From NCBI GenBank assembly GCA_026414185.1, contig JAOAJL010000001.1:82987-146986 (forward strand): 64,000 nucleotides of DNA. Direction: 5' to 3'. How positions within the stretch are numbered: position 1 is the first letter of the stretch; each line of letters begins with the position of its first letter. Below, in pieces: positions 54,857 through 64,000 of this stretch. Both the position numbers and the translations under genes were made by a program. This DNA comes from Candidatus Micrarchaeota archaeon. Lineage in GTDB: Archaea; Micrarchaeota; Micrarchaeia; Anstonellales; Anstonellaceae. The notes under the pieces are model-generated. The model had not been told where the DNA came from. It made no database searches and saw only the letters and a program-made list of their open reading frames with translations.

Positions 54857-55159
54857 ATGGCAAGCGAGGAAGAGGAAGGCGAGGATATTCAAAAGCTCTA
54901 TCAGGAGCGCATAAGGCAGGCGCAGCTTGAGGCAAAAAAGAAAGAGCTTTTGCGCCGCCTGCTTTCAAGCGAGGCTTATGAGCGGATGATGAATGTGCGG
55001 ATTTCAAGCCCAGAGGTATATGAAAAAGCTCTTTCTTCGCTTGCTTATTTTGCCCAGCAGCACGGCTTTGGGCAGAAGATATCCGACGAGCAGCTGTATG
55101 CGCTTTTACGCAGACTGACGCAGGAGCCGCAAACCAGGATAGAGTTTCGGCGGAAGTGA
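54857..55159 (+). CDS. PDCD5/TFAR19-like double-stranded DNA-binding protein
   Basis: LLRRLLSSEAYERMMNVRISSPEVYEKALSSL core. Conserved position downstream of S19e in archaeal ribosomal clusters. Confidence 0.6.
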   Translation: MASEEEEGEDIQKLYQERIRQAQLEAKKKELLRRLLSSEAYERMMNVRISSPEVYEKALSSLAYFAQQHGFGQKISDEQLYALLRRLTQEPQTRIEFRRK

Positions 55160-55178
55160 GGCGGAAGGAGGGGATTTG

Positions 55179-55520
55179 ATGTATCATCCGGGAAAGGTCG
55201 TGGCGGTGCTGTCTCCGCGGGAAAAGGGGGTTCTTTCCGCAGATGCTTCCGTGCAGGCAACACTGCGCATGTGGGATGAGAATGTCCTGACCATGCTTGT
55301 TGAGAAAAAAATAGCCGACAAGGTAAGGGAAGGCGACATTGTGCTTTGCGACTACCGCCCGCAGGAGGGCATGAGCGTCCCCGTCCCGCGCCACGTCGTC
55401 GTGAAGGTTCTGAAAGGCAAGGCGGCGGAGCGCATCTGGCAGGAATACAGGGAAACTTACGAGAAAAGAAAGCGCAGGGAGCATTCCGAAAAGGAAGCCC
55501 AGCAGTCCTACATAGGGTGA
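55179..55520 (+). CDS. hypothetical protein inserted in the conserved ribosomal cluster
   Basis: 113 aa with a strong SD (GGAAGGAGGGGA) 6 nt upstream and mixed beta/basic-tail composition. No family was recognised. Confidence 0.4.
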   Translation: MYHPGKVVAVLSPREKGVLSADASVQATLRMWDENVLTMLVEKKIADKVREGDIVLCDYRPQEGMSVPVPRHVVVKVLKGKAAERIWQEYRETYEKRKRREHSEKEAQQSYIG

Positions 55521-55524
55521 AAAG

Positions 55525-55707
55525 ATGAGCAGAGTGAAATCCTCAAAAAAGAAGGCGATGCTCGGGAAGTTCATCAAGCAGAACAGGCGCATACCCCTCT
55601 TTGTGATAGCAAAGACCAACAGGAGGGTTGTGCAAAACAGGGAGCGGCGCAACTGGAGGAGCCAGAAGCTCAAGATGCGCTCGCAGAAGAGGAACAGGCT
55701 CAACTGA
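55525..55707 (+). CDS. rpl39e: 50S ribosomal protein L39e
   Basis: KQNRRIPLFVIAKTNRRVVQNRERRNWRSQKLK matches the L39e consensus. Confidence 0.8.
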   Translation: MSRVKSSKKKAMLGKFIKQNRRIPLFVIAKTNRRVVQNRERRNWRSQKLKMRSQKRNRLN

Positions 55708-55723
55708 GCGCGGGGGTATTCCT

Positions 55724-56128
55724 ATGGCGAACCTTGAACGCATCTATACAATTCCGCTTGGAGATGCATACCTGCGCGCAAGAGGCGTGCGGGCAAAGAG
55801 GGCAATAGCGTTCATAAGGGCGTTTGCCGCAAGGCATATGAAAGCCGCCACAGTGCGCATATCGGAAGGCGTCAACTCCCTCGTCTTCCGCGACGGCATG
55901 AAAAAGCCGCCTCGCAGGATAAAAGTCAGAATAGTGAAAGGGGAAGACGGGCTTGCGCGGGTCTGGCTCATAGGGGAGGAGGAGCGGCTGAAGCAGGAGG
56001 CTGAGAAAAGGAAAAAAGAGCAGGAGGAAAGGCAGAAGCAAAAGGAGAAGGCGGCACAGGAAGCGGCAAAGCCGCCGCAGGAAAGCGCCGCTGAAAAGCC
56101 CCCTGAGCAAAAGCCAAAATCGGGGTAG
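55724..56128 (+). CDS. rpl31e: 50S ribosomal protein L31e
   Basis: ERIYTIPLGDAYLRARGVRAKRAIAFIRAFAARHMK...VRISEGVN is the L31e core; K/E-rich C-terminal tail; TAG stop. Confidence 0.8.
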   Translation: MANLERIYTIPLGDAYLRARGVRAKRAIAFIRAFAARHMKAATVRISEGVNSLVFRDGMKKPPRRIKVRIVKGEDGLARVWLIGEEERLKQEAEKRKKEQEERQKQKEKAAQEAAKPPQESAAEKPPEQKPKSG

Positions 56129-56132
56129 GCAA

Positions 56133-56795
56133 ATGCCGATAAGCAGGGCAAGCAACTTTGGCAACCCGCATATAGGGATTTTTGCCAAAGCATCCGAGGA
56201 GCTTGCGGTGCTTGATGCCTCAGCATCGCAAAAACTTTCAGCAGGGCTGCTTGCCCTCGGCGTGCCGATAGAGCGCGCCACCGTGGGCGGCTTTGGGCTT
56301 TCCGGAATTTTCCTTGCTATGAACTCAAACGGGGCAGTTCTGCCCAGCTTCTGCCTGCAGGAGGAAATCTCCCTTTTCAAGCGCAGGGGGCTCTCCGTCG
56401 CAACGCTTTCAGGCTCCTTTTCCGCCGCGGGCAACAACATCGCCGCAAACGACTTCGGGGCGATAGTAAACCCAGCCCTACCAAGAGAGCAGATAAGGCG
56501 CATTTCCGACGCATTGGGGGTTGAGGCGGTGCCTATGAAAGTCGCCGGCTACTCAACCCCTGGCTCGTGCATAGCCGCAACCAACAGGGGCTTTGCGGCG
56601 CACAATCGCGCAAGCGCACAAGAGTTAAAAGAGATTGAGCGCATACTGCATGTGGCTGGGCTGAACTGCACGGTGAATATGGGAGTGGCGTTCCCCTCTC
56701 TGGGCGTGCTTGCAAACTCCAAAGGCGCGCTGGTCGGCGAGAAGACGACTGGCTTTGAGGCAGGCAGGCTGGCAGAAGCCCTCGCCTTGCAATGA
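56133..56795 (+). CDS. eif6: translation initiation factor 6 (aIF6)
   Basis: Pentein-repeat protein with GNPHIGIFA, ATVGG, AAGNNIAANDFGAIVNPAL, ATNRGFAAH. Confidence 0.85.
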   Translation: MPISRASNFGNPHIGIFAKASEELAVLDASASQKLSAGLLALGVPIERATVGGFGLSGIFLAMNSNGAVLPSFCLQEEISLFKRRGLSVATLSGSFSAAGNNIAANDFGAIVNPALPREQIRRISDALGVEAVPMKVAGYSTPGSCIAATNRGFAAHNRASAQELKEIERILHVAGLNCTVNMGVAFPSLGVLANSKGALVGEKTTGFEAGRLAEALALQ

Positions 56796-56808
56796 TGGTG
56801 GTGGTTTT

Positions 56809-56973
56809 ATGGCAAAGTTCATCGTAAGCGGGGTTGCGAAAGGAAGGCAGTTTGAAAAGGAGGTTGAAGCTCCTTCCGAGAAGCTTGCCCGCGAATACGC
56901 CTATTCCCTCCTTGGTTCAAACGCAGGGATTAAAAGGTCAGCCATCAAGATAACCTCAGTCAAAAGAGGCTAA
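56809..56973 (+). CDS. rplX: 50S ribosomal protein LX (L18Ae)
   Basis: MAKFIVSGVAKGRQFEKEVEAPSEKLAREYAYSLLGSNAGIKRSAIKI fits the LX family. It is shorter than the ORF-track frame, which overlaps eif6. Confidence 0.6.
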   Translation: MAKFIVSGVAKGRQFEKEVEAPSEKLAREYAYSLLGSNAGIKRSAIKITSVKRG

Positions 56974-56986
56974 ACAGGTGGTATTC

Positions 56987-57436
56987 ATGGCAGAGGAAGA
57001 AAGCATTGAGAGCCTTTCTTATCAGATTCAGTTTCAGCAGGCAAAGGGGGATGCCATAAAAAAGCAGCTTCAAGACCTCCAGTCTGCTCTGGTGGAGATG
57101 GGCGGGGCAATTGAAACTCTCAAAAACATAAAGAAAATCAAGGGCGAATCCCTTCTTCCGATCGGCTCCGGGGTTTTCATTTCCTATGGCAAGCCGAACA
57201 CGGAGCGGGTGCTTATCAACATAGGCGCAAATGTTCTTTCAAGCAAGACTCCTGAGGAGGCTGTGAAGATGCTTGAGGAGCGCCAGAACAACGTGCGCAA
57301 TGCGATAAACACTGCCCAAAAGGACTTGAACGAGGTAATCGCCTCTATTGAAGAGCTCTCCAGGCGCGTTGCAGAGCTTCAGCCGCCTTCCGCAGGTGCC
57401 ACAAATGTTCAGCCTTCTCAAGAGCAAACTGGCTAG
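56987..57436 (+). CDS. pfdA: prefoldin alpha subunit
   Basis: Coiled coil, beta hairpin (LLPIGSGVFISYGK), coiled coil. Conserved position before ftsY. Confidence 0.75.
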   Translation: MAEEESIESLSYQIQFQQAKGDAIKKQLQDLQSALVEMGGAIETLKNIKKIKGESLLPIGSGVFISYGKPNTERVLINIGANVLSSKTPEEAVKMLEERQNNVRNAINTAQKDLNEVIASIEELSRRVAELQPPSAGATNVQPSQEQTG

Positions 57437-58664
57437 CTTCATCTCAGGGCTTGCAGGCAGGCAGGAAAAGAAGGCGCAAGAAAGCCAGGAGCTCAAAACC
57501 CCGCCTCCTTCGCCCCAACCCATCCCTGCGCCTGTGAAGGAACAAAAGCAGGAGGCAGCCCAGCCAGCAACAGCACCGCAAGCTTCGGCACAGCCAGCAG
57601 AAGCCCAAGTCAGCAGAAAGCCCGAAAGCCCGCAGCCTTCTTCCGCAAAGCCGTCTCCCCAAAAAACAGAAGAGCAAAAAAAGCAAATCTCCCTTTCCCC
57701 CAAGCAGCAGCCCGAAGAGCACGTTGACGTTTCTTCCCTCGGAAAAAAAGCATCGTCGGAAAAAAGGGAGCTTGCGCCAAAGATAGGGCTCGGGGCGGCA
57801 ATCCGCTCGTTCTTCACAAACGAGATAACAATAGGCGAGTCGGATATCTCGGACCTTCTGGAGAACCTTGAGCTTTCGCTCCTGGAGGCAGACGTGGCAT
57901 ATGACGTTTCGCTTGAAGTGGCAAGCCGGCTCCGCTCCTGCCTTGTGGGGATGCGGGTGCCGAAATCACAGCTGGCAAGCAGGACAAAAGAGCAAATCCA
58001 GCAGGTTCTGGAATCCGTCATGCAGTCTGAGCGCAGGTTTGACCTGGTCTCAAAAGTTAAGTCTCTTCCCAAGCCCGTGAAGATTCTTTTTGTTGGACCA
58101 AATGGCGCAGGCAAGACCACCACGATGGCGAAGGTGGCAAAGCTGCTTTCCGATGCAGGCCTTTCCGTGATGTTTTCCGCGTCAGACACTTTCAGGGCGG
58201 CGGCTATAGAACAGGCGGAGGAGCATGCAAAAAGGCTCGGAATAGGGATTGTGAAAGGCAAATACGGCGCAGACCCCGCCTCAGTTGCGTTTGACGCAAT
58301 AGCGTATGCGCGCTCACGCTCAATAGATGTCGTGCTTATTGACTCTGCTGGCAGGCAGGACACAAATGCAAACCTCCTCGCCGAGCTTAAGAAAATAAGC
58401 AGGGTCGCCAAGCCAGACCTGAAAATCTACGTCGGGGAATCAATAGGGGGCAACGCGGTAATAGAGCAGATAAAAGCCTTCAACCAGGCGATAGGGATGG
58501 ACGGGGCGATACTGACAAAGCTTGACTGCGACGCAAAGGGCGGCACCGCAATCTCAATAGTGCATTCAACCGGCATACCCCTGCTTTATCTTGGCGTCGG
58601 GCAGGGCTATTCAGACCTGATTCCATTTGAGCCAAGGAAAATAGCCCAGGAAATAATGACTTGA
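57405..58664 (+). CDS. ftsY: signal recognition particle receptor FtsY
   Basis: NG domain GPNGAGKTTT, DTFRAAAIEQ, DSAGRQ, KLDCDAKGG; acidic/Pro-rich N-terminal A-domain. Start overlaps the pfdA end by 32 nt. Confidence 0.85.
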   Translation: MFSLLKSKLASFISGLAGRQEKKAQESQELKTPPPSPQPIPAPVKEQKQEAAQPATAPQASAQPAEAQVSRKPESPQPSSAKPSPQKTEEQKKQISLSPKQQPEEHVDVSSLGKKASSEKRELAPKIGLGAAIRSFFTNEITIGESDISDLLENLELSLLEADVAYDVSLEVASRLRSCLVGMRVPKSQLASRTKEQIQQVLESVMQSERRFDLVSKVKSLPKPVKILFVGPNGAGKTTTMAKVAKLLSDAGLSVMFSASDTFRAAAIEQAEEHAKRLGIGIVKGKYGADPASVAFDAIAYARSRSIDVVLIDSAGRQDTNANLLAELKKISRVAKPDLKIYVGESIGGNAVIEQIKAFNQAIGMDGAILTKLDCDAKGGTAISIVHSTGIPLLYLGVGQGYSDLIPFEPRKIAQEIMT

Positions 58665-58700
58665 AGAAAGGAATATTAACACAGGCTGGCTTTAAGCTAT

Positions 58701-59810
58701 GTGGAAGCCCACAGCACTACGACGCAGAAAGAAAAATCCAAAGAGGCGGAGCGCGAGCTTCTGCCATTTCTCTCGCTTGTGACCTTCTTTCCTGCAGGCA
58801 ACCCTCTGGAGTCCATGTCCTCTTTCCAGCGGCAGTTCTTCTTTGAGTCTTTGAACCGCGCGCTTTATGCGGCAAGCGTGGAGAACAGGCGAAGAATAGA
58901 GGCGCTCTCAGGGAAGCTTCTCCCGCCAATCGCGCTTGCGGCTTTTGAAAACAGCCAAAGCAAGCAACGCCAGGAACCGCAAGAAGCCGGCAAAAGCCAG
59001 CGGGAGTGGGCGCTTTCACTACCGCTCATTTCAGCCTTTGAGGAAGAGCAGGTGCTAAGGGCGGCGCAGGGGGAGGGCATGCAGAAAATCCCCCAAGAAG
59101 ACCAAGAAAAATCAAGCGCCAAGCAGTGCAGAAAGCGCCGCGAATTCCTAAACTCAATAGTTTTCGGAAAGGGCTATGAGGAAATAGAAAAAGCCCAAGC
59201 CCTCCTTGCAGGAGTGATAAACGACTATGCCCGCGGCGACATGCAGAAGGCGGGCGCAGTGCTCAAAGAATTCCGCAGCAGGCTTGAGGCTGGCAATTAC
59301 AAGACAGACGAGCTTATGGCAGTGCTTCTTCTGGTGATAGAGGATATGATATGGATGGATGAGGAGGGGCAGGTCGGAGGCGCCGGCGGCTTGGGCGGCG
59401 CAAACGTGGCGCCCAGTGGGCTTTTGCACAAGCCGCAAAATTTCGCAAAGCAGGCTGCGCTTGTCAGGCTTGCTTCCGTCCGTGAGATGCTTCGGCACTA
59501 TTTTGAGAAAAACCCCCGCGACTACGCGGCAGTTCTTGCCGCCGCGCTTGACATCCCGCTGGATGAGGAGCCGGAGCTTGCGCTTATTGAACAGCGCCTT
59601 ACCTGCGAGATAGCAAAAATAGGGTGCTTTGCTTTTGCCCAAAAGCTTCTTGCCAAGCTGAAAGCCGCATACCGCTGGAGCGGAAGGGAATGCGCGCAGC
59701 GCCTTGGCACCCACTTTGACCAGAAAAGAGGGGTTCTTTTGCTTGGAAAAAGGACCTGCCTCAAAGCGCCGCGTTCAGCCCTGCCCCGCTTTAGGCGGGC
59801 TGACTCTTAA
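58701..59810 (+). CDS. hypothetical helical protein
   Basis: 369-aa ORF with no recognisable domain. The 3' end overlaps the pheT 3' end by 36 nt. The start is uncertain. Confidence 0.35.
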   Translation: MEAHSTTTQKEKSKEAERELLPFLSLVTFFPAGNPLESMSSFQRQFFFESLNRALYAASVENRRRIEALSGKLLPPIALAAFENSQSKQRQEPQEAGKSQREWALSLPLISAFEEEQVLRAAQGEGMQKIPQEDQEKSSAKQCRKRREFLNSIVFGKGYEEIEKAQALLAGVINDYARGDMQKAGAVLKEFRSRLEAGNYKTDELMAVLLLVIEDMIWMDEEGQVGGAGGLGGANVAPSGLLHKPQNFAKQAALVRLASVREMLRHYFEKNPRDYAAVLAAALDIPLDEEPELALIEQRLTCEIAKIGCFAFAQKLLAKLKAAYRWSGRECAQRLGTHFDQKRGVLLLGKRTCLKAPRSALPRFRRADS

Positions 59811-61352
59811 TTCGCCGGCGCAGACCGGCTGCTCAAGCCTGAAAGCCGAAAGCACCTCGGGCGAAATCTCCCCGAAAGCGCCCGCCTTCCTCCCGTCAAG
59901 ATAAACAGACGCGCACCTGCCTGCGATGAACGCCGCATTCTGCTCTTCTCTGAGCTCTGCTTTCATCCCGCAGTTGCCGGCAAGGGCAAGGACCACCCCT
60001 TTGGCTTCTGAAAAGCCCGCCTTGGAATGCATGCTCACAAAGCAGAGGCGCTCCTCAATATGCGGTGCGGCAACAGTGCCTATCTCATAAAGCCGGATGG
60101 GGAGAGGTTCATCCTTGCTTTCTGCAAGGATGGAAAGGAGGTTCTGCAGTATGCTGGGCCTGAAAATTGTGAAATCGGTGGTGAGCGGATTTTCTATCTC
60201 AACAAGGCTGCCTGCGGCTGTCTTTGCCTTGGCAACCTGCTCCTTGTTTGAAAGAAGCCAGCTTATCGCCTCAGTGTAACCAAGCCCCACCATAAGCTCG
60301 TGGAAAGGATGCTCCGGATGGCAGCTTCCTGCGGAAAAGAAATCCGGCAGGGTCGGCTCAAAGTTGTTGAAGCCATAGGCGATAGCTATGTCTTCAATAA
60401 GGTCAATCTCGCTTATGACATCCGTTCGATAGCCAGGCACATAGGCGCTCCTGCCCTCAACGCGGTAGCCCATCTTCGCAAGAAGCAGGGAAACCTCCTC
60501 TTGCGAGAAGCGCATGCCCAAAACCCGCTCAGCCTCTGCGACAGGAAGTGCCATCTTCCTCTCGCGCAAAAGCTCGTAGGGCTTGCCGTCAAGCTCAACC
60601 TCCTGTATCTTGCCGCCCCTGTCGGCAAGCATTGCACAGATGATGTTCACCGCCTGCCTAACAGCAACCTCCGAAGTCCCCGTGCAATCCACAAATACGT
60701 TGCGCGTTGCCGGCGTGAGGCGGGTCAGTTCGCCGTTTATTATCGGCGGAAAGGAAAGGACTTTTCCCCTGCTGTCAAGAATCATCGGGCATTTCTCGCC
60801 TACAAGATGCGCATACTCAATCCCTTTCTTGTGCTTCTGCAGTATCTCATCAGGCGTCATCTCCTCGCTTTCGTCAAGCGGGACGAAGCGGACATCCTGT
60901 CTTCCGCAGGCAAGGTAGCGGAAAGGCGGAACCACTCTGTCAAGGTCGTGAATGCCGATTGCAACCTTCCTTCTTTTTCTGCCGAGGGTTTCGTGGAGCT
61001 TTTCCTGAACCTGCATGATTGAGCGCAGGAGAGAGTCGCTTATTGAAAGCTCCCGCACCACCGCGCAGCCAAAAGCTGGGCGGAGACCAAGCACGGACTT
61101 GTCCACAGATGCGCTTATGGATGCCTTTCCGACCTCATATGTTTGCGGAGCGCCAAGCTGGAAGCATCTTAGCGCCCGCGCAAGCCCCTCAACGCAGAGG
61201 CAGTCCGGCCTGTTCGGCGTGACTTCAACATTGAGTCCCTCAGCCGTTTTTTCAGCAGGGAAGCCAAGCAGCGTCAGCTTCTCTACCGCCTCGTCAATCC
61301 CGATTGGGATTAGCTCTTCAAGATCAGAAAAGGCAAAACTCACCTGCGCCAT
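59775..61352 (-). CDS. pheT: phenylalanine--tRNA ligase beta subunit, archaeal type
   Basis: N-terminal B3/4-like MAQVSFAFSDLEELIPIGIDEAVEKLTLLGFP...NRPDCL and a C-terminal catalytic-like fold; 525 aa. Confidence 0.85.
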   Translation of the reverse strand: MAQVSFAFSDLEELIPIGIDEAVEKLTLLGFPAEKTAEGLNVEVTPNRPDCLCVEGLARALRCFQLGAPQTYEVGKASISASVDKSVLGLRPAFGCAVVRELSISDSLLRSIMQVQEKLHETLGRKRRKVAIGIHDLDRVVPPFRYLACGRQDVRFVPLDESEEMTPDEILQKHKKGIEYAHLVGEKCPMILDSRGKVLSFPPIINGELTRLTPATRNVFVDCTGTSEVAVRQAVNIICAMLADRGGKIQEVELDGKPYELLRERKMALPVAEAERVLGMRFSQEEVSLLLAKMGYRVEGRSAYVPGYRTDVISEIDLIEDIAIAYGFNNFEPTLPDFFSAGSCHPEHPFHELMVGLGYTEAISWLLSNKEQVAKAKTAAGSLVEIENPLTTDFTIFRPSILQNLLSILAESKDEPLPIRLYEIGTVAAPHIEERLCFVSMHSKAGFSEAKGVVLALAGNCGMKAELREEQNAAFIAGRCASVYLDGRKAGAFGEISPEVLSAFRLEQPVCAGELRVSPPKAGQG

Positions 61353-61404
61353 AAGGAGAAATCAGAAGAAGAGAATAAAAAAGGCTAACTGGGCAAAGCA
61401 GGCC

Positions 61405-61575
61405 TCAAAATATCCCTTCCACACAGAATTTCTTTCCCCCTACAATCACGGAAGGAAGCTCGTCCACAAAATATCTCCTGCCGGCAATCTCAACGTAATG
61501 CGGAGGCGGCTCTATGCTGACAGTCAGCCTGCCTCCCTTTTTCTCAAATGCCAGACCTGCCCCGTTTTCTTCCAT
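61405..61575 (-). CDS. small hypothetical protein (56 aa) upstream of pheT
   Basis: MEENGAGLAFEKKGGRLTVSIEPPPHYVEIAGRRYFVDELPSVIVGGKKFCVEGIF. Not in the ORF track (under 60 aa). Weak call. Confidence 0.25.
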   Translation of the reverse strand: MEENGAGLAFEKKGGRLTVSIEPPPHYVEIAGRRYFVDELPSVIVGGKKFCVEGIF

Positions 61576-61722
61576 ATGTTTCTATTTTGTACCATTAAAT
61601 ATTTAAACCAAGTGGTTAAAAGTGGGTTTAAACGTATCAATATTTTCTTGCCCCCTGCCGGCTCCCTTCTGCTTTTTAAATGATTTGGGCTAATTTAGAG
61701 CCGTCCTTCCAAGGTGGTTTTT

Positions 61723-62112
61723 ATGGATAAAATGTTTGCCTCAGCAAAGGACTTGAAGGAGGGCAAATACCTGCTCATTGAAGGAGTGCCTTGCAAAGTG
61801 GTGAGCATAGATTCCTCAAAGCCTGGAAAGCACGGCGCCGCGAAGATGAGGATAACCGGCATCGGGATTTTTGACGGGCAGAAAAAGCAGCTTCTCGTGC
61901 CCTCTGACGCAGACGTGGAAGTCCCGATAATTGAGCGCTCAACCGCCCAGCTGGTCGCGGTCAACGGAAACACGGCACAACTTATGGACACTGCCACCTT
62001 TGAGACTTTTGAGCTTACAATTCCAGAAGAATTCCTCAAAGACGCTGCGCCGGGCAAGGAGGCGGACATAATGTCTGCCATGGGAAAGAGGGCAATAACG
62101 CGGATACACTGA
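61723..62112 (+). CDS. eif5a: translation initiation factor 5A (aIF5A)
   Basis: Hypusine loop SKPGKHGAAK in ...LLIEGVPCKVVSIDSSKPGKHGAAKMRITGIGIFDG. SD AAGGTGG 8 nt upstream. Confidence 0.8.
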   Translation: MDKMFASAKDLKEGKYLLIEGVPCKVVSIDSSKPGKHGAAKMRITGIGIFDGQKKQLLVPSDADVEVPIIERSTAQLVAVNGNTAQLMDTATFETFELTIPEEFLKDAAPGKEADIMSAMGKRAITRIH

Positions 62113-62124
62113 AAGGGAGATTTG

Positions 62125-62442
62125 ATGGAAATATCAATTGAGAAAAAGCGCGAGAACAAGTCGCTTCAAAGAGACGAATTTTCTTTCATCGTTTCTTTTG
62201 ACAAGGCGGTGCCTTCAAGGAAGGCGGTGCGCGAGGCAATATGCGCCTCGCTTGGCGTCCCGCAAGAAAACCTCCTAATCATCTCAATTGAAGGAGGCTT
62301 TGGGCAAAAAAAAGCACGAGTGATTGCGCATGCCTACAAAAGCAAGGAAGCCATGAAGATTGAGAGGCGCCACCTCCTCGTGCGCGACGGGCTTGCCGAA
62401 AAGAAAAAGAAAGAGGAGAAGCCGAAAGGCGAAAAGAAATGA
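62125..62442 (+). CDS. rps24e: 30S ribosomal protein S24e
   Basis: EISIEKKRENKSLQRDEFSFIVSFDKAVPSRKAVREAI matches the S24e N-terminus; K/E tail. Confidence 0.75.
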   Translation: MEISIEKKRENKSLQRDEFSFIVSFDKAVPSRKAVREAICASLGVPQENLLIISIEGGFGQKKARVIAHAYKSKEAMKIERRHLLVRDGLAEKKKKEEKPKGEKK

Positions 62443-62473
62443 AGCAAGCAAGGAAAGCGGCAGGTGATTCCAT

Positions 62474-62620
62474 ATGGCGGAAGCAGCCAAAAAGGCGCAG
62501 AAGAAAATAAAGCCCTATGCCCCTGCGAAAGCCTGCCCAAAATGCGGCTCAGGCGTGCGGCTGGCTGAGCACAAGGACAGGCGCTCCTGCGGCAAATGCG
62601 GCTATTTTGAAAGGAAATAA
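62474..62620 (+). CDS. rps27ae: 30S ribosomal protein S27ae (zinc-binding)
   Basis: 48-aa ORF not in the ORF track: CPKCGSG...CGKCGY zinc ribbon, in the usual position after S24e. Confidence 0.65.
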   Translation: MAEAAKKAQKKIKPYAPAKACPKCGSGVRLAEHKDRRSCGKCGYFERK

Positions 62621-62657
62621 GGCGCATCAAGAAGGCGCCAAACCGCGGGGCAAAAAA

Positions 62658-63287
62658 ATGGATGGCTGGCTTTTGCCTGTTTTGCCTTTCCCCCACGCCC
62701 AAGTTTCAATCTGCCTTTTTTCAGCCCAAGACCTCAATGTATTTTTCGCCTCCGCAGTTTTTCTTGCGCTCTCAGTCGCCTTAGGCTCGCACGGCAGGGG
62801 CGTCCGATATGGGCTTTCCTACATAAGGCTCACAAGGGCAAACATGGGCTGGCTTTCCATCCTCGGCTGGTCGGCGGCAGCCCTGCTCTGTTGCTTGGCA
62901 GCCGCCGTTTTCCTCTCAGTTGCGCTTGCCTTTCTCGGAATGCTTGACACCGAAGGGGTTGCCTCAAAGCTCAATTCGCTTTCCCCATTTTCCCTTTTTT
63001 TTGCCTTCAGCATCTCCCCGCTGGCAGAGGAGGCGATGTTCCGCGGCTACCTTCTGCGCAAAATCGGAGAGGTTTCAAAAAGCGCATCTGCCGGCGCCGC
63101 CCTCTCCTCCCTGCTTTTTGCAGCCATGCACCTTTCATACGGCTCGTCAGCTGAGATGGCGGCGGCTTTCATGATAGGGCTCATTCTGTGCTTTTTCACC
63201 ATAAAATCTCGCTCGCTTGTCCCCGCGGTTCTTGCCCACTGCGCATTTAATTTCCTTTCCATACTATTCAATGTGGTGCTTGCGTGA
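62658..63287 (+). CDS. CPBP-family (CAAX) intramembrane metalloprotease
   Basis: EEAMFRGYL motif 1, FAAMH motif 2 and a HCAFN motif 3, embedded in TM helices. Start at MDGWLL. Confidence 0.6.
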   Translation: MDGWLLPVLPFPHAQVSICLFSAQDLNVFFASAVFLALSVALGSHGRGVRYGLSYIRLTRANMGWLSILGWSAAALLCCLAAAVFLSVALAFLGMLDTEGVASKLNSLSPFSLFFAFSISPLAEEAMFRGYLLRKIGEVSKSASAGAALSSLLFAAMHLSYGSSAEMAAAFMIGLILCFFTIKSRSLVPAVLAHCAFNFLSILFNVVLA

Positions 63288-64000
63288 TTTGCCTCGGCTT
63301 TGAGTCAACGGCGCACACCCTCGGCGTTGGGATATGCGAAAGCCGCGGGAACAGGATATCCGTGCTTGCCAACTGCAAGGAGGTGTATGTCCCGCCGAAA
63401 GGGGAGGGCATCCTTCCGAGGGCGGCGGCAGACCACCACGCAGAAGCGCTTGGCGAGGTCCTTCGCCGCTCTCTTTGCGAGTCAGGGCTGGGCATCTCCG
63501 AGATTGACTTGTTTTCCTTTTCGCGCGGACCTGGCATAGGGCAATGCCTTCGGGTCGGCTGCGCGGCGGCGAAGTTCCTTGCCTCCAGGCACAAAAAGCC
63601 CGTTCTCGGAATAAACCACTGCCATGCCCACCTTGAAATTTCGCGCGGCATGCTTGGCTTTTCCAGCCCGCTTTACATTTATGTCAGCGGGGCAAACACC
63701 CAGATTATAATAGAGAACGAGAAAGAAAACCGCGGCGCGCCCAGGTTCCTTGTCCTTGGCGAAACCCTTGACATGGGTCTTGGCAACCTTTTTGACGTGT
63801 TTGCCAGGGAGGCTGGCATCCACCCCTCGCACGGAAGCCAAGTGGCGCGCCTTGCGCAGAAAGGCAGGTATTTCCCGCTTCCATATACAATAAAAGGGAT
63901 GAACTTCGCTTTCGCAGGGCTTCTTTCAGCGGCGCTGCGCGAGGTTGGCAGGCGCAGGCTTGAGGACATCTGCCTTTCGCTTATGGAAACCTCATTTGCG
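63284..64000 (+). CDS. kae1: tRNA N6-adenosine threonylcarbamoyltransferase Kae1/TsaD (partial, runs off window end)
   Basis: GTG start overlapping the upstream stop. ICLGFESTAHTLGVGI...HHAEA...SRGPGIGQCLRVG are the ASKHA-fold Kae1 motifs. Confidence 0.8.
   Translation, partial: MICLGFESTAHTLGVGICESRGNRISVLANCKEVYVPPKGEGILPRAAADHHAEALGEVLRRSLCESGLGISEIDLFSFSRGPGIGQCLRVGCAAAKFLASRHKKPVLGINHCHAHLEISRGMLGFSSPLYIYVSGANTQIIIENEKENRGAPRFLVLGETLDMGLGNLFDVFAREAGIHPSHGSQVARLAQKGRYFPLPYTIKGMNFAFAGLLSAALREVGRRRLEDICLSLMETSFA

Overview
This is a gene-dense archaeal chromosomal segment of about 58-60% GC, with shorter lower-GC patches. Genes are short, leaderless-looking and tightly packed, and several show ATGA-type start/stop coupling.

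Most of the window is archaeal housekeeping:
- Replication and repair: RFC large subunit, topoisomerase I, RNase HII, an NreA-like protein.
- Translation: the conserved cluster S19e / PDCD5-like / L39e / L31e / eIF6 / LX / prefoldin alpha / FtsY, then PheT, aIF5A, S24e, S27ae and Kae1; also DtdA, a DEAD-box helicase and Dph5.
- tRNA processing: two tRNA-splicing-endonuclease family genes, TYW1, RNase P Rpp21 and two intron-containing tRNAs.
- Central metabolism: PRPP synthetase, PGK, class I FBPase with an archaeal class I aldolase, CTP synthase, mevalonate kinase.
- Membrane housekeeping: MscL, MarC, LemA-HtpX, a CPBP protease, RpoK.

The non-routine content is:
1. An EndA gene whose conserved C-terminal pseudo-unit continues in frame after an internal TAG codon, together with a second catalytically dead EndA paralog and two tRNAs carrying long or possibly non-canonical introns.
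2. A ~9 kb surface-protein island with compositionally distinct genes (27455-36499): a 1286-aa domain-less giant protein, a 930-aa multi-CARDB secreted protein, and a divergent secreted / coiled-coil pair.
3. A membrane-tethered winged-helix regulator next to a secreted protein with three nearly identical Cys-rich tandem repeats.
4. A VirB4/HerA-like DEAW ATPase with an overlapping coiled-coil / winged-helix partner.
5. Two adjacent type IV pilin-like genes.
6. Several low-GC orphan ORFs, one sitting beside a tRNA.

No CRISPR array, integrase, transposase or rRNA gene was seen. The segment looks like a small-genome, DPANN-like archaeon, but that is an inference from these features, not a database result.
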